The notes under the pieces were generated by a model, which had not been told where the DNA came from, did not search any database, and saw nothing but the letters and a program-made list of their open reading frames with translations. A stretch of 32,362 bases of DNA, taken from Candidatus Scalinduaceae bacterium. Its GTDB lineage: Bacteria; Planctomycetota; Brocadiia; Brocadiales; Scalinduaceae. The stretch covers positions 1 to 32,362 of the forward strand of contig JBHICG010000037.1 in assembly GCA_046759445.1 (NCBI GenBank), in the 5' to 3' direction. A program made the position numbers and the translations under genes. Every line of letters begins with the position of its first letter. Positions within the stretch are counted from its first letter, which is position 1. Of this stretch, positions 29,575 to 32,362 are shown piece after piece.

Positions 29575-30126
29575 ATGCCACCAAAAGCCGTGAAGACAAT
29601 CCGAGACTTGATTTATTGGCAATATTCTAAAATAATATCTGAATCAGCAGGTGCAGGCAAAAAGAAATACGCTTTTGTTATGGATAGATTTAAGAAACTA
29701 CGGACTGGTGAAATAAACTGGTCTGGATCAATTAGGGAATACATAAAAGAACGTGAAAGCCCTAATGAATGTATTTACTGTGGTTCTATGGATAACCTTT
29801 CCTATGACCACTTGATACCAAAAAGTAAAGGTGGATTTGATATACCTGATAACGTAATAATGGCATGTAAAAATTGTAATTCATCAAAAGGTGATAAAGG
29901 TGTTTATGAGTGGTTTAAATTAGATAGACGTTATGATGTACCAAGAATAGCAGAGGGCAAGTATTTGAAACTACTATATCAACTTCATGAAGAAAAAAAC
30001 ACTTTAGATTTAGGTCGTAAAGATATTGAAGAACTTTGCAAAATGTGTGATTTGGGAAGCCTTTGTTCAGAAACAGATTTAACCGTTTATTGTCTTGAAA
30101 GTATATTGCATAAAATTAGTAATTAA
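29575..30126 (+). CDS. HNH endonuclease (Zn-binding McrA-like core)
   Basis: CIYCG...DHLIPKSKGG...NVIMACKNCNSSKG plus a C-terminal CxxC-x4-C-x8-C cluster. Confidence 0.92.
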   Translation: MPPKAVKTIRDLIYWQYSKIISESAGAGKKKYAFVMDRFKKLRTGEINWSGSIREYIKERESPNECIYCGSMDNLSYDHLIPKSKGGFDIPDNVIMACKNCNSSKGDKGVYEWFKLDRRYDVPRIAEGKYLKLLYQLHEEKNTLDLGRKDIEELCKMCDLGSLCSETDLTVYCLESILHKISN

Positions 30127-30280
30127 TTTTGCCTTACTTTTTTAGCTTATGCGTGCGCTATTAAAATACCTATCATTTTTCAATTCCTATACCCCACTCC
30201 CAAAGAATCATATTCAGTCATAATAGTAATATCTCACCCATATATTGCAGACTAAAAATCGGGGTTTTTGTGTCATCATT

Positions 30281-30781
30281 TTAATAACTTCCTTTAAGTG
30301 CTCTTCTTGCTTCCTTTGGATCAAGCCCCATACTTTTAAAAAAACTATCAAATTTACCACTTTCCTTTTGGCATTCATAAGTTAAATCATAACAATGTCT
30401 GCATCCGAAATAGTCTCCGCCCAAATATAAAACACCTACTCTACGATTACACATCCTTCCATTTACCACAAGAGGACAAAGAAACCACCACCTATGCCCA
30501 CCATAATTGCAAGGAGTAAATACAAGTCTTACCTTATAATCTAACTCTGTCTTCTGACCTGAAAATCTATCTGTCTGTGTATATTGGAATCTGACGTGTT
30601 CATCACCTTTAATGGTTGATACTTGCAAACCGATACTTCCTCGTTTCTCTCCCCCTCTACTCCAAATCACACTGCCAATTTGAATGCCACCATTAAAGAA
30701 ATTGTGTTGATTAAGCCAGAACGTATTTATTGACTTGCATTCTTCAACTGTAATTCTATCTGAATATGACCATCTGCCCAT
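30281..30781 (-). CDS. Mobile-element Zn-finger hypothetical protein
   Basis: TPCNYGGHRWWFLCP...CNRRVGVLY...FGCRHCYDLTYECQ; GGAGGAG SD. Confidence 0.75.
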   Translation of the reverse strand: MGRWSYSDRITVEECKSINTFWLNQHNFFNGGIQIGSVIWSRGGEKRGSIGLQVSTIKGDEHVRFQYTQTDRFSGQKTELDYKVRLVFTPCNYGGHRWWFLCPLVVNGRMCNRRVGVLYLGGDYFGCRHCYDLTYECQKESGKFDSFFKSMGLDPKEARRALKGSY

Positions 30782-30909
30782 GTAATTTCTCCTCCTAATT
30801 TTTACCTAAATCAATAATAGACCTTTTTCTCAAATGCTAAATACCTTTTTAAATGTATTGAAAAACCTTAAGATTTCTTAATATGTTTACGGATTGTAAA
30901 AACCTCTTT

Positions 30910-31860
30910 TCATATAAACTTAACACCCTTTAACCTTTCAAAAAAAGCGTTGTTTGCCTCTGACATATCTTCAGGAAACCTTTGGCAATTGTTTATATAA
31001 GGGATTCTCTTCATATAAAAAATTTCATTCGCAACACCACCATAGACACTTGGAAAATCTCTCAATTGACCAATCAATAAATCCTTGTCGTCTTCATCAT
31101 ACGCTGATAGTCTTGATTTATTTTTCCACATCAAATGTTTTAAGAGTTTATCTCTATTAATTTCTTTAAATGAAATTAAGTCTGGTAAATTAATATCGTT
31201 GATTTTCTCAAAACAATCTAATTCTAAATCTAGTTTTCTGATATACGTTCTATTAAGTCTAAATTCCAGTCTTAAAACATTATTATTATCAATTTTCTTA
31301 GAATACAAAATTATTGACTTACTGTTTTTCCTCTTATGTCCGATATAAAAAGAACCAAATTCATTATCAACAAAACAACTGTTTCCCCTATGAAACTTTA
31401 AAAACAAATGCCTCCAGAAAAACTCCTGCAATCCGTACTCATATGGAGAAATATCTATAGTCAATTCAACATGAGATAATGTAGTTAAAAAACCAAACGA
31501 GTTACAAATAGCATCAAACCAATCAACAGTCTTTATATCAGGCTTATAAATGATTATTCCCATACATGGATACATAAGACGGCGAGATATACAATTGTAG
31601 AGAATTGAAACATTTATACCCGTTTCACTAGAACAATATCTTTTTATTCGGTCATAAATTCCACGTTTTGCCCATCTATCATATTTACATTTATAATCAT
31701 TATCTTTTAACACAGAAAACAATGTTTCTTCTGGTTTATCAACAATACTATTACAGCTAAAGTACATACGGTCTATATGAGGATAAATGACTGAATTAGA
31801 TAAAAAATATAAGATATCTATATAATTATTAGCCCCGTAGCAAATACTTGTGTTATACAT
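30910..31860 (-). CDS. Putative Rep_trans-like (rolling-circle) replication initiator / relaxase
   Basis: LSHVELTID, SFYIG...SKSIILYSK and LRLEFRL resemble the RxDxAxD / TxYxG...YxK / RxExR motifs; GGAGG SD. Confidence 0.6.
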   Translation of the reverse strand: MYNTSICYGANNYIDILYFLSNSVIYPHIDRMYFSCNSIVDKPEETLFSVLKDNDYKCKYDRWAKRGIYDRIKRYCSSETGINVSILYNCISRRLMYPCMGIIIYKPDIKTVDWFDAICNSFGFLTTLSHVELTIDISPYEYGLQEFFWRHLFLKFHRGNSCFVDNEFGSFYIGHKRKNSKSIILYSKKIDNNNVLRLEFRLNRTYIRKLDLELDCFEKINDINLPDLISFKEINRDKLLKHLMWKNKSRLSAYDEDDKDLLIGQLRDFPSVYGGVANEIFYMKRIPYINNCQRFPEDMSEANNAFFERLKGVKFI

Positions 31861-31910
31861 TATTTTTGCCCTCCATTATTTATGCCCTATTGTTTTTAAT
31901 TTAAATAAGG

Positions 31911-31967
31911 GGGAAAGGAGCGGGCGAGGACAAAGACACCCGCTTTTCGGTAGCTAACCTATTTCCC
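31911..31967 (-). ncRNA. Putative structured cis-regulatory RNA, copy 2 (rep leader)
   Basis: On -: outer stem GGGAAA/TTTCCC, linker TAGGTTAGCTACCGAAA, inner stem AGCGGGTG/CGCCCGCT, loop TCTTTGTCCT. Confidence 0.6.
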
Positions 31968-31978
31968 TTTGAACACAT

Positions 31979-32152
31979 TTATCTTGTTGCTTTTGCTTCA
32001 ATCTGTTCAGATTCTTCTTTTGGTCTTTTGCCCATTCGGTAAGGATGTAATGGGCAGTCAGTAATTTGGCATTTGCGAATTTTGGCAAGTTGGTTTGCAC
32101 AGCAATCTTTACATTTTGCCCGAATTGCTTTTATAGGCGTTAATCTCTTCAT
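31979..32152 (-). CDS. 57-aa Cys-rich phage-type protein (absent from the ORF track)
   Basis: GAGGAGG SD; MKRLTPIKAIRAKCKDCCANQLAKIRKCQITDCPLHPYRMGKRP... Confidence 0.8.
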   Translation of the reverse strand: MKRLTPIKAIRAKCKDCCANQLAKIRKCQITDCPLHPYRMGKRPKEESEQIEAKATR

Positions 32153-32239
32153 TCAAATACCTCCTCTATGAAAAAAACACATAGCTATCTAAGTTTTTTT
32201 AAGTTAAAATGAAAAAAGCATGATATTATGACATTTCGT

Positions 32240-32261
32240 ACTGTAGTCAAATTGTAGTCAA
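32240..32261 (+). repeat. 22-bp direct repeat copy 2
   Basis: ACTGTAGTCAAATTGTAGTCAA, identical to 21125..21146. Confidence 0.85.
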
Positions 32262-32362
32262 TTACAGCGTAATCAATCGGAATCCAAAGGAATCTACAGA
32301 AAAAAAGAAAATAGGCTTATCCGGTTGACTGCCGTTAGTTCAACATCTGGTGATTCTCGGTT

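Larger units (their letters stand above)
21106..32261. mobile_element. ~11.1 kb integrative element (satellite/IME-like; no structural or conjugation genes seen)
   Basis: Integrase-Xis-RHH at one end and a Rep-like gene at the other; identical 22-bp repeat at 21125 and 32240; nearly all genes on the - strand. The true ends may lie slightly outside these coordinates. Confidence 0.8.

Noticed and set aside
32348..32362. Possible tRNA 3' end (...GAGAATCACCA on the - strand) as integration target
   Set aside because: Only 15 nt are visible at the window edge, with no T-loop and no matching copy at the left end; needs downstream sequence.
1..32362. CRISPR array, rRNA or complete tRNA genes
   Set aside because: No regularly spaced repeat-spacer pattern or RNA-gene signature was seen; the only tandem repeat is protein-coding.

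Overview
AT-rich bacterial chromosomal window; the lineage cannot be established from sequence alone, and a Planctomycetota/Brocadiales-like origin is only a guess. Part one (1-20.7 kb) is host-like. It holds a MoxR AAA+/DUF58/VWA/VWA operon preceded by a Gly/Lys-rich tandem-repeat protein, PDZ-TPR and SHOCT lipoprotein genes, a tandem Cys-rich desulforedoxin-like protein, a GTAG-type REP doublet and an acyl-ACP synthetase. It also has a decayed surface-polysaccharide locus in which ACP, AMP-ligase and PLP-decarboxylase genes remain intact between pseudogenes, a sigma54-preceded Zn-ribbon gene, hslUV, an MBL hydrolase and a ferredoxin. Part two (about 21.1-32.3 kb) is an ~11.1 kb integrative element marked by an identical 22-bp repeat at both ends. 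It carries a tyrosine integrase, Xis-like HTH, RHH, a second small tyrosine recombinase and a Rep_trans-like initiator. Its defence-like cargo comprises a Schlafen/AlbA_2 protein with an Sm-like C-terminus, a BECR-like/DUF2283-like toxin-antitoxin pair inside an IS1-like remnant, and an HNH nuclease with NrdR-like boxes. The most striking unannotated signals are two diverged copies of a structured RNA leader whose loops are each complementary to their own downstream ribosome-binding region, and two element genes each interrupted by one in-frame TAG. All family assignments come from motif recognition by eye, not database searches.
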